Positions 47,101 through 56,000 of a stretch of DNA of 64,000 nt are shown here, piece by piece. This DNA is from an uncultured Candidatus Saccharibacteria bacterium (lineage in GTDB: Bacteria > Patescibacteriota > Saccharimonadia > CAZHVB01): NCBI GenBank assembly GCA_964600295.1, contig CAZRIY010000001.1:24810-88809 (forward strand), read 5' to 3'. The translations under genes were made by a program, and so were the position numbers. The notes beneath the pieces were generated by a model. That model was not told the origin of the DNA, did not search any database, and saw only the letters and a list, made by a program, of their open reading frames with translations. How positions within the stretch are numbered: position 1 is the stretch's first letter; each line of letters starts with the position of its first letter.

Positions 47101-49779
47101 TGGGCCCTTACGAAGAGTGCCGCCAGTGTCATATGTCAGGAAGCCTAGGAGTGCGAGATTGTTGTTTGTGATGTCGCTATTGACTATTTGAGCATAGCGA
47201 TTGGCGGCCGAAGTATATGTAGTAAGAGTGTTGGCCTTTTCAACATGTAGAAGTGCTCCGGGACCTGTGGTACCGATGCCAACGTTGCCACTAGCATCGA
47301 CTACGAACGGGGTTGAATCGGTAAAAGTGCCATCGTCGTTGACACGGAAGGCAGCCGCAGTGCCGGCTTGAGTGATCTCGAAGGTGGTATCGGTAGTAGT
47401 ATCGGTTAGTGTAATCTCAATATCCCGGCCGTCAGAAGTAGCAATGGTATTACCATTGGCATAGGCGTTTTGTAGCGTTACTGAGGGGTCAGAACCGCCA
47501 GAACCGGAACAGGTCGAGAGTTGATTGGAACCGTTGCGGCAGACCGAGGTAGAGCCGGCGGCACCGAGGGTGGTCACCGCCAGAGTACCGGTAAAGTTGG
47601 CAGCGGAAGTGATAGTTTGACCATTGATCGTACCAGAAACCAGCAGATTATCTTGGATATCCACCGTGCCACCAGCATTGACGATTAAAGTGGCGGCAGT
47701 ACTAGTAATATCTCCACCGTTGACGGCCAGATCGCCCGAACCGGCCGCGCAGGCGGTATCACTAGATTCGATACAAACTCCCCCACCAACCACGTGAAGC
47801 TTGGAATCCGGTCCTGCCGTACCGATACCGACGTTGCCGCCATCTTTAACAGCGAGAACGGTGTTGGTACCATCCTGCAAAGTTAAGATATCGCCAGTGC
47901 CATCTTGACGAACATTGAGAGCGGTTTTGTCAAACAGCGCATTATCAGCCCAAAAGATGCCCAGGGCACTTGTTGAGGTTGTTGTGTTGTTCGAATAAGC
48001 GCGAAATACCTGATCGGTTGAAATAGTGCCGTCGATTTCTAATAAAGCGCTGGGGCTATCCAGCCCGTCACCAATGACCACTCGACCGTCGGTATTGATA
48101 CGCATATGTTCGGTGCCACTAGTTTCAAATCCAAGGTCAAAACTATCATTTGTACCGAGCATAGCTACTTCGCCAAAGGAATTGCCGCCCTGGACAAAGG
48201 CTACGCCACTGCCGCTGGTGAAACCGCAGGATGCTGCACCCTGCAGGCAGACTGTACCGCTTTCGTTGGGTAAGGCGTAAGCCCGATTATCTGTTAATGT
48301 TGTGGTCTGTACAGCGCCGGTGAAACCGGAGTTGGTTAGATTTAAGAGGGGTGTGGTTACTGAGGTGCCGAAGGTGGGGTTAGCCACCGTCGCCACCGCA
48401 ATATTACCGTTGGCTCCCCCATCGCTGAGCAACAGGTTAGCACCGGCCGTTAACACCCGCTCGTTGGTTAAACTGGGATTAAGACTGAGGGTAACGTAAT
48501 CGGCACCGGCTGGGGCTGAACCGCCTCCGCCGATGCAGTTGCCAAAATTGGTACAGAAGTCGTAAACCCCAGCGGGATGGGCCGGTACCCGGTAGGTGGC
48601 ATCAGCTACCGGTGGAATGAAGGCTAAGGTGCTGGTAAAGCCACCGCTGGTGGCGGTGAGAGTGGTGGAAGCGTTGCCTTGGAGGGTTAGGGCTTGGTCG
48701 CTGGCACCGATGGTTAAGTCGGCGGTGGGGGTTAGAGTATTAGCGTAAAGAATATCGCCGACTGTTAGGCTGGCCTGGAAAGTATTATTACCGCTGAAGA
48801 CTTGGTCGGCGCGGTCGAGCAGGGCGACGTTGGGGGTCAGACGGGCATCGGCCAGGGTGCCGTGGCTGATGCTGCTGGCATTGAGGTTGGTAATACCAGC
48901 GCCGTCGCCAGCAATAGTAGTAGCACTCAGAGCCTGGAGGTTGGTATTGCCCTGGACGGTTAGATCACCTTCCAGCAAGGAATCCCCATGGACTAGCAGG
49001 CTGCCAAATTCTCCCTCTCCAGAGGTAGTTACGCTGTCAGAACTAAAATCATTAACCGTGACATCACCGAGGTTGCTGGTGCCGGTGACCTCGAGGTTGT
49101 TGATGGTGGCCAGACCGCTGACGTTGAGATCGATGAAATTAGCCAGCCGTCCATCCACTTGATCAACTTTGAGGTTGTTAATCTCAGCCTGATCTTTCAG
49201 ACCAGCCAGGCGGGCTTCAAGCTCGGCTTGCTGCTGTTTCTGGCGCTGGGCCAATTGATTAAGCTTGGTAACTGTACCGAAGATTAGCCAAGCTAATAGG
49301 CCGGCCGATAGCAGAATCAGTAGGATAAGCCAGAGGTGGCGCTTGCGGCTGGGTTCCGGCTCGTCATTGGTTGATTCCCCTGGAGGTTCTGGGGGTGGAG
49401 GCGACGGCTGAGGAATTATTGGCGGTTCTTCCACCATGGGATGGAATACGGGGGGTTGTCCAGTAGTAGAACTTGGATAAGCTACGCTTTGGTCTAGAGA
49501 TCCAACTTCACTACTGGATTGGACGGGCGCAGGTGTAAGCGGCGGAGTTGGGGAGGGCTCTGGAATGGGCTGGCTAGGAACAGTTGGCGGAGGGGTTTCC
49601 GGGGAAGTGGCAGATTGAGCCAGAGGTACTGCTGGAAATTGCGAATTTGTAGGCGGTGAGGGCTGATAAGTTTGGGGAACTGGCGGTAATTGAACCGGAG
49701 CTTCTCGAAAACCGGCAGATGCCCCTCCAATAGTTGAAGGGGCACCGTGAATTTGGCCGAAGATGTTTGTTTCAGTCAT
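41134..49779 (-). CDS. Giant (2881 aa) membrane-anchored repetitive surface fibre protein, tail-fibre-like
   Basis: Pro-rich N-terminus (~150 aa), one TM (HLWLILLILLSAGLLAWLIFG), a coiled coil, then at least 13 GNVGIGTTxPxxKLxV modules. Duplicated ..GHILPGADDTYDLGSAxxRWRDLYLGPTSLH.. units. C-terminal ~110-aa lectin-like domain shared with the next gene. Confidence 0.8.
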   Translation of the reverse strand: MTETNIFGQIHGAPSTIGGASAGFREAPVQLPPVPQTYQPSPPTNSQFPAVPLAQSATSPETPPPTVPSQPIPEPSPTPPLTPAPVQSSSEVGSLDQSVAYPSSTTGQPPVFHPMVEEPPIIPQPSPPPPEPPGESTNDEPEPSRKRHLWLILLILLSAGLLAWLIFGTVTKLNQLAQRQKQQQAELEARLAGLKDQAEINNLKVDQVDGRLANFIDLNVSGLATINNLEVTGTSNLGDVTVNDFSSDSVTTSGEGEFGSLLVHGDSLLEGDLTVQGNTNLQALSATTIAGDGAGITNLNASSISHGTLADARLTPNVALLDRADQVFSGNNTFQASLTVGDILYANTLTPTADLTIGASDQALTLQGNASTTLTATSGGFTSTLAFIPPVADATYRVPAHPAGVYDFCTNFGNCIGGGGSAPAGADYVTLSLNPSLTNERVLTAGANLLLSDGGANGNIAVATVANPTFGTSVTTPLLNLTNSGFTGAVQTTTLTDNRAYALPNESGTVCLQGAASCGFTSGSGVAFVQGGNSFGEVAMLGTNDSFDLGFETSGTEHMRINTDGRVVIGDGLDSPSALLEIDGTISTDQVFRAYSNNTTTSTSALGIFWADNALFDKTALNVRQDGTGDILTLQDGTNTVLAVKDGGNVGIGTAGPDSKLHVVGGGVCIESSDTACAAGSGDLAVNGGDITSTAATLIVNAGGTVDIQDNLLVSGTINGQTITSAANFTGTLAVTTLGAAGSTSVCRNGSNQLSTCSGSGGSDPSVTLQNAYANGNTIATSDGRDIEITLTDTTTDTTFEITQAGTAAAFRVNDDGTFTDSTPFVVDASGNVGIGTTGPGALLHVEKANTLTTYTSAANRYAQIVNSDITNNNLALLGFLTYDTGGTLRKGPTIGAVFHDRTASTAPGDLVFGYGSGNDQVEGMRLNSFGNLGIGTTSPSQKLEVQASNVGGGVGARIENSDTTNNSSFAELLLTPSSADSYVGGALRQVRGAEGAAPAGRLAISSSDTSAFQERLTVLNTGNVGINTIGPDRKFEVLDTTNPQLRLTHTDSTNYTDFRTDNVGDLTITPSGADADFAARSVSVTASQGSSPGVFLGLNNTAAKNWRLRSDPGGSFSIRNESDVLTAVTVGTTGDVTITGDLTVNGDDITSDADLTVNPAGGQVYLADTDTLNIGGVTGLAYNAISDSGGATSHGLASDDDLFIEGDLEVDGNFYADGGITSGGNLSVTGHILPGADDTYDLGSASARWRDLYLGPTSLHLQSTAAETTTARDWAFGIQETDGVSEGNLRVTVGGSDVVNITPSGNVGIGTTGPARTLDVRSSGSVVGQLLNNGGAGADAYTDIGTETATPDEVGLRLIENSSVARWTIGAQGADLDTFKIGIGSGFSGTVPLAISASSGNVGVGTTGPDSRLHVVGGGVCIEASDTGCVASSGNLRVGAVASIATSDVSGTLNIGNGSGFELYFSGAQAANIYQSASGHNLYMNSNTGPIYLGANGSGSQHITVLSSGNVGIGTIGPTSKLQVISVGTSPNANFDTSAVTLVSNTAAAVDIGPSLRFAGESGNTANPYSFATIQGAKGSATADDYQGLLKFFTTTAIGGNSERMRIDGVGNVGIGTTGPTYKLDINGTLRNNSTVLLSSGNYSNTVPTVQIGDSGYGLSSEGLAMRYWAPTGGAHRWQFADASNPMTLSGAGQLQLSVPGGSGGLLIGGDTNLYRNAANNLRTDDEFWSSQPIYASIGAGQVGIGTTGPSGSPTILFGSAGDTNLYRSAADTLSLGNDDDLRVSNAAGEEIRLQTDSSASYVNITNSAAGDWAQHIKLIGDTAARLRVLSGGTLEWGNGTTIDTNLYRAGADLLQTDDQLRVNRSTSAATGLSTIVSGDALPRWLAQAGGTLQWGDGTNALDTNLYRASASLLKTDDSFHASDFGVVGPAGIIFDANSSGDTNLYRSAANTLKTDDNFIVGGALTVNGGQNITGNLTVTGHILPGVDDTYDLGSAPARWRDLYLGPTSLHIQSTAAETTTARDWAFGIQETNGTSEGNLRVTVGGSDVVNITPAGSVGIGTTDPSVLLHLQRSVAAGGAKLRLSAADNPTSYRVDLMANYDDVTSLALQQSGQNILVAGRSPIRTALYTFNGGGTPDERLTILGSGNLGIGNTSPTSARLVVKGSTADNTAAALNVTDSADSSKLYVRNDGNVGIGETVPSARLHVENGAANAVIARFEAPSGTQNDDIVWIGSGATGTGYDLLSINYGASYVNNALTVRGDGRVGVGTTAPSASLDVAGNAILSGNNRRLTTGSWATTSGADSGSGGFGSNFYVDAGGVFRYTITHASIGYSGMVASYPGAAGDIRFIGGTGATTADALFTPNVTLTVKSNGNVGIGTTSPDFKLDVAGDTRIEGSGKLYFGGTGAADNDTNLYRSAASFLVTDSNLGIGSGVTSNAKLNFVASTSAGGGINFGGDTNLYRSAVDSLKTDDNFQVAGNSVNNLRLTAGTNAIDASATLRVTSVGVNDVGIRIRGIASQAADLLQLQNSSGTVLSHFDSAGSLAIGTASAPAYALDVTGDINATGVYRNGGTSGITATCAAGETLNGIAVKGGIVTAGTCTANGADIAENYTSNENLHPGELVATSGNSSVVKTTNAYQASAIGIVSTQPHQVLGSGDGGYPIALIGRVPTKVSTEGGSIAVGDPITASSLAGVGMKATASGRIVGVALQAYSAGGTGTIEVFVNPGWFTLSNANNVQPAQTSPQSTDGNFTSLSVSDLTTTKDLKVTGLATVADLKVTGSTTLAGPLTVSGLATVQDLKVLGHTVGNNDTRGQLTIPAGATSVHFDFARAYSNLPNVVASPTNGFAPRYRIEATATGFTIYLEEPATIDLIFNYQVQG
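48370..49140. repeat. About 0.75-kb segment ~98% identical to 60777-61547 (direct repeat between the two giant genes)
   Basis: Identical antisense ORF peptides appear in the ORF track at 48830 and 61063. One 60-nt comparison (48841-48900 against 61248-61307) shows a single mismatch. Confidence 0.7.
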
Positions 49780-50033
49780 TTTGCCGATTTTTGTTTACAA
49801 GCATAAGTTTAATCCTGGTAGGGCGGAATGTAAACAATTTTTATTCAAAAAAATATGGGGTAATTTTGCGAGTATGTAACGTTTATTGTCGGTAATAAGT
49901 TTGACCAAAATGGGTTCTGGGGCACTACTGATCGGCCCAAACGGTCGAAATTGAAATGTTCGTTTAGATGTAGGGTTGTGGCTTCGACTACAAAACCCTC
50001 TAATTTCGGTTTTTTCGGCAGTTTCGCGATTTA

Positions 50034-53000
50034 TCATTGTTGCACCATATAATCGAACGTTAGATCGGCGGTTGTAGGTTCGGCAAGATGGATGACAAAA
50101 CCGGTGGCAGTTTTTTCAACCCAGTAAAAGCTGCCGGGGTTGGCTTGAGCGCTAACCACCACGTGGGGTACCCCACCGTAGGCGCGGCTAAAACTGTAGC
50201 TGGCGCTAGTAGCCCCGGCGGGAATTGTGAGAGTCCCTCGTGTATCAGCGTTGCCAATCACGTGGCCACTGATGACGATGTCGCCCACGCTGGTTAAGCC
50301 GGTAACCTTGAGTTCGGCTATGGTGGCTAGGCCAGTAACTTCCAACTTGGCAGAGGTTACCAGCTGCACCACCTTCAGTTCGTTGGCGGTAATGGTGTTG
50401 GCTACATTAAGATCGCTAAAGTCGGAGTTGTTCTGAATCGCCTCAGCATCCGTTTCGGCCTGGGCTGGGCCTTCAGTCTCCGCCTGAGCCTCATCACCTG
50501 GCTGGGCGTCCTCAACTGGTTCGAGTTGGCTCAGCCGTTGATCTAGCTCATCCACCCGCAGCTTAAGTTCGGCGGTGGCCTGGATGTTGTAGATGGGCAG
50601 GGCGCTGAAATTAATTTGTTTAAAGCCTAGGGAGTCCATGGAGACCAATTCTGGGAACAGGGCCTCAACTTCTTGGGCAATCAAACCTTGTTGGGTGGCG
50701 GTCCCCAGGTGACGATCGGGGAATTCCTCGGCCCGCCAGTTGTAAGTAACCGCCCGCAGCTGGCCAAAACGGTCCAGAATCGGTTCGAAGCCTTGAATGT
50801 TGGTCTTGAGGCGTTCGTCTGAGGAACAGGTGCCGGCAATCACGGTACCGTCCGCATCCTCCACACAGCCGTCCGTACCTATACCAACTCGCACATTTCC
50901 GGCCACCACTAATTTTTGAGCCGAGGGATCCGTAGTGCCGATGCCGACGTTGCCAGTACTATCAATGCGCATTCGTTCGGCATTATTTGTACCAAATAAC
51001 AAAGGTGTAGCTCCGAACGTGCCTATACCAAGCGAGGTATCACCTGCAGATACAATGTTAGTGGTGTCGGTAGCTGCCCGTCCGAAGTAACTAACCCCAG
51101 TGTAGGTGGGACCAAAGGCATACGTTTCTAGACTTGCTCCGCCGCTGGCGGTGTTTCTAACGGTCGATGCAGCGTATTTGGTGGTGGAGGTCGCTGTGAG
51201 GAATTGCAGAACATTGGCATCGGTTGATTCGGAAACCTCGAGTTTACCGGCAGGTCCAGTTGTGCCAATGCCGACGTTGCCGGCGCTTGTGACACGCATG
51301 CGCTCCGCAAGCGTGCCCGTGTTGGGATTTGTGTAAAATAGCAATGCCCCTGATTCATCTCCAGCTGTGGCATTTTCTTTTTGTCCCCAAATCCCGGCGA
51401 AGACAGCTTGGGCTGATTGAGCAGTTTTATAACCCTTAAATAACAAGCTTCCGCCGACACCAGCTGCTGCGGTTCGAGTATCATTGAGGATTTGGCTCCA
51501 GCCAGTACCGGTTAAACTTGGTGCTGTACCCGAAGCCACTTCCAGCCTAGCGGCGGGAGTAATAGTGCCGATGCCGACGTTGCCATCGCCCCTGAGCACT
51601 AGGATATTATCTGTGTTTAAGCCTCGAAACCCTAATAAATCATTCGGCGTTGATGCGTCTAGGTCGGTCTCGATAAAGAATCGATCTGTTTTATCACTGG
51701 CGGCAAAAATTAATCTTTTATCATCAACAGTTTCTCCGCCAGCGATTTCAATCTCACCGTTTACTTCTAGTTCTTCACTCGGACTATTAGTGCCAATACC
51801 GACTAGACCACCATTGAGAATCGTCATGTTAACGGCTGAACCGGTACCAAACTGTAAGGCAAAATTACCGGCCTTGGCACCTAATAGAGTGGCGTTTGCT
51901 AATGCATTGGTAAAGCTTGCGCCCGATGAATCTTGGCCAGCAGTTTGGATAGTACCAAGTATCGAGGTAACCCCGGCATTATCCTGCGAGAAAGATATAT
52001 AGGATGTACCAACTTCGCCCCCGTCGTTATCTGTATCTGCAGTTAGTAGTAAGGCGCTGTTGGCTCCGCTTTGGACCGCTATAGTTTCATTAGCAGTGGT
52101 ATTGGTACCCACTACTAAACGGCCCTCGGTAGGTGTGCTGTCACCGATCCCAACATTGCCTGAAGATTCCAGAACAGTTAGGTGGGTAGTTGCCGCACCA
52201 GCGTTGCGGACATTAAAGCTACTGCCGGCCCCCAAATCGTTAAAGATGCCGGGGGCCGTCAGGATGATTGAACCATTGGTTCCCGTAATGAAGTTGTTTG
52301 TAGCCCCTGCACTAACGGTAAGCCCTTGGGTCGTTCCATCAGAGCGATAGAAGCGAAGTGTGCCCGCGTTATTCAGACGGACATCACCGGTCACATCAAG
52401 TTTGAACCCAGGACCCGTATTACCAATACCAACGTTGCCGGTTGCACCATCGCCATATAGGAAGGTGGTGGCAAAGGTATTGGGAGTTGACTGATCGACT
52501 ACTCCCAGTTGGAAGTCGGCACCTGTACCTCCGCCGAAGGCAGAACTGAGTTTTATGGCTGAGGTACCGAGTGTGCCACTATCGCTATTTGTGAGTAGCA
52601 GACCGCCCTCAAAAGCCGTGCCGCTATCTGAAAGTATGGTTGTGTGATCGGCATACGCTGGCGTGGCACTAACATTGCCAAGTTTGGAACCACCGGAAAC
52701 CCTTAAGTTGCCGCTGGCAGATGCGCATCCAGTGTCACTAGATTCAATACAAACTCCGCCCCCAACGACATGTAATCGAGAATCTGGCCCCGTGGTGCCA
52801 ATCCCGACGTTGCCGTTTTCATCAATCCTCATCCTTTCTGTTGGTGATCCACCATTGGCAGTAGAAAAGCGTAAAGAACCAACGGGATTGACAGTCAGAG
52901 CATCCTCTTTATTACTACAAATATTAGCAGTTCTTTTATCTGCTCCGCTCAATCCGGTAGAACCAAACTGCATGCAACCCATAAGTGAGGTGTCCCCAGT

Positions 53001-56000
53001 CGCGGCGCTGGAAAGGACGAGATTACCGAAGGACGCTGTAGTAGTACCCGCGTTATGAACTTGAAGGTCTGTTCTAGTACCGCCCCCTCCCAGGCCACCT
53101 GGCGCAGTAGTCCCGATGCCGACGTTGTTACCAGCAGTTACATATAGCGCATTGTTATTGACATTGAAGATACCGTTAGTGTTTGCGCTAACAGCGACCG
53201 TACCGCCATCGCTATTTAAGTGTAAGGTACTGGCGGCACCGTTGTTTCGCGCCAGGATTTCGTTATCATCCATGGTTATGTTAGTGCTAGTAGTGGATCC
53301 GGTTACCAAGTAACCTCCACTGGCCAAGGCAGAATCTGTACCACCAACTACGTGAAGTTTTGCGGACGGATCGATAGTGCCTATGCCAACGTTGCCACCC
53401 GATGGCTGCAGATTTAGATTGTAGGCAGTTGCGGTACCATCAGTTCTTTGCGCCTGTAGCCACGGGTCGCCATCTCCGGCAACTCCAGCTAGCAAACCGT
53501 AGTTCACATCAGTATTCGTTAGGTAAAAACCTCCGCTTGCTGAACCTAGTGTGGGTGAGTTTACGGCTGTCGAACCAGTGATTTGCAGCCGCACTTTTGG
53601 TGCAGCAGTACCAATACCTACATTGCCGGTTACATTCAGTGAGGCCGTATGGGCGGAGTTGGTGATTAGTCCGGTGGCTACAGTGGGCGAGCCACCCTGC
53701 AAGGTATCGGCATAAACCGCAGCAGTAGTGCCGGCATGGAACTGGACGTTATCCAGGCGAATGGTCTCGGCTATACCTTCGGTGAATCGCAATTTGGCAT
53801 AGGCAGTATTGGCCGGGGCGGTGCCAGTAACGGTAACTTTTTGCCAGCCACTGACACCAGTAGTGGCAGTGATGGTAGCACTTTCGCCCAATGATACTTG
53901 ACTAGCATCAAACCAAAGAATTCTGACCCGCCAGTTGCCCCCAAGACTGCCATCTTGGGCCTTCAGCCAATAGTTGCCGATATAGTCGGCGGCGGCGGTA
54001 GCAGGCATAAAGTCGCTCTCAAGAAAGTGAGTGCCCGTAGCATCGCTGACCATTTCCAGGGCGTAGCGGCCGCCGCCGCCCGTTTCGGCCACGGCAGTGG
54101 GTCCGCCGGACAGGGACCAGTTGGTGGTGTTACCGCTTTCAAAGCCAGAATTGGGTACTAGGTTGGTGGTGTCGCTATTTACAAAACCGGCGAGACCATT
54201 GAGAACCTGGACATTACCGGCCACATCTAATTTATAGGTGGGGGTGGTTGTACCGACTCCTACGTTACCGGTGGAATCTATCACCAATCTTGCAGTACCT
54301 TCATCGGCAATGGCAAAGCCACCCGGGAAGGAATTACCCGATCCTCCAATTGTAAGATCCCAGTTGCTGCCTTCGGTGCCATGAGTTAGACGCATACCAT
54401 TTAATCCAGTGCCGCCGGCTCCTTGGACTTGGAGACGAGTACCAGTACCGGTGATAGAAGTAGTGCCTATGCCGATGTTGCCAGCAAAGTATGAGTTCCC
54501 AATACCGGTTACGGTGAGTTCTCCGATAGTGGTTAAACCTTTGGGCACAGCAGTTGAAAGTGGGCTAAAGGCTAGCGGAGTACTACCAGTGTTAACCTGT
54601 ACGTTATCGAAATAAACAAATTTGCCAACTGTGGGTGCACTTGTTGTACGTATATGTATTGTCCCGGTATTGTCACTTGCAGTTGTAAGGATCATGGTAA
54701 CCCGCTGCCACTGATCTCGCAGACTCATATCAGCGTTGTATTTAGTTTGGGTAGAACCGGCAAAACCTCCATCATCTCCGATAGTTATTTGGCCACCGTC
54801 CCAATCTGCTGGCACGTATACATAGAAATACATTGAGTAAGTAGTGGTTGCGGCCAAGACCAGTGTAGGTGGAAGGGCTAGCCGGTTATCATCTTGATAT
54901 GTAGCCTTTAGTGAGTAGAGGCCGTGAAGAGCTTGATCAGTAACTGAGGCAATAGTATTGGTTCCCCGCTGCGCCCAACCGCTGGTGGAGGCATTTTCGA
55001 CGCTTGGATTTGATATTAAGTTGGTTAACCCACCACCAAAGCCACCATATGTTTGTACAAAATCATGATCAGTTTGTGATTGCAGGATATCCCCTCCTTG
55101 CAAGTCAAGCTTAGCTTGGGGAGCAGTAGTGCCAATTCCGACATTGCCACCAGGAGTGATATTTACAAGATCAGATCCACCCATGGTGACTCTCAGGTTA
55201 CCTTCGCTGGCCCCATCAGTCTCTTGAATGCCAAAGGCCCAGTCCCGGGCCGTGGTGGTTTCAGCGGCAGTAGATTGAATATGCAAGCTAGTGGGTCCGA
55301 GATAAAGATCTCGCCAACGGGCTGCCGCTGAGCCCAGATCGTATGTATCATCGGCTCCGGGCAGAATGTGGCCAGTGACGGTTAGGTTGCCGCCAGAGGT
55401 TATACCGCTATCCGCATACAGTGTGCCGTTAACTTCTAGATCGCCCTCGATAAATAGGTCGTCATCCGAAGCCAAACCATGGCTGGTAACTCCGCCTGAA
55501 TCCGAAATTGCGTTGTATCCAAGCGCGGTTACCCCGCCGATATTCAAGGTATCACCATCCGCAAAATAGACTTGCCCGCCGGAAGGATTAACAGTTAGGT
55601 CTCCGCCACTATCGGCCTGGAATTCGGTGTAAACCGAGCCATCGGTGTGTGTGAGGCGCAGCTGAGGGTTGGAGGCATCCAGTACATCCAGCTTGCGATC
55701 TGGCCCTGTCGTATTGATGCCGACGTTTCCGGCATTATTTATACGCATACGCTCGGCTTCAGTCGCAGAACCATCTGGCGTTGTATAAAACTGCAAACGG
55801 CCAGGCATATCGCCATCCCCAGGAGTCGCATCAACTGCAGCAACTATTCTAGCGGCCGTTTCGTATGAATTGGCATCATAGCCGGTAAATGAGAGCCCTC
55901 CAATGGAGTCGCCAGAAGATACAACAGCTGGGGACCCAAGGCTACCACGAGATTTTCTGACTTGAAGCGCTACACCGTTGGCGTCCGCACTGGCGCGCTC

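Noticed and set aside
49795-50037. 80-aa minus-strand ORF between the two giant genes
   Set aside because: It spans the intergenic promoter and terminator region, with its 3' end overlapping the stop of the 4302-aa gene, and has no RBS.
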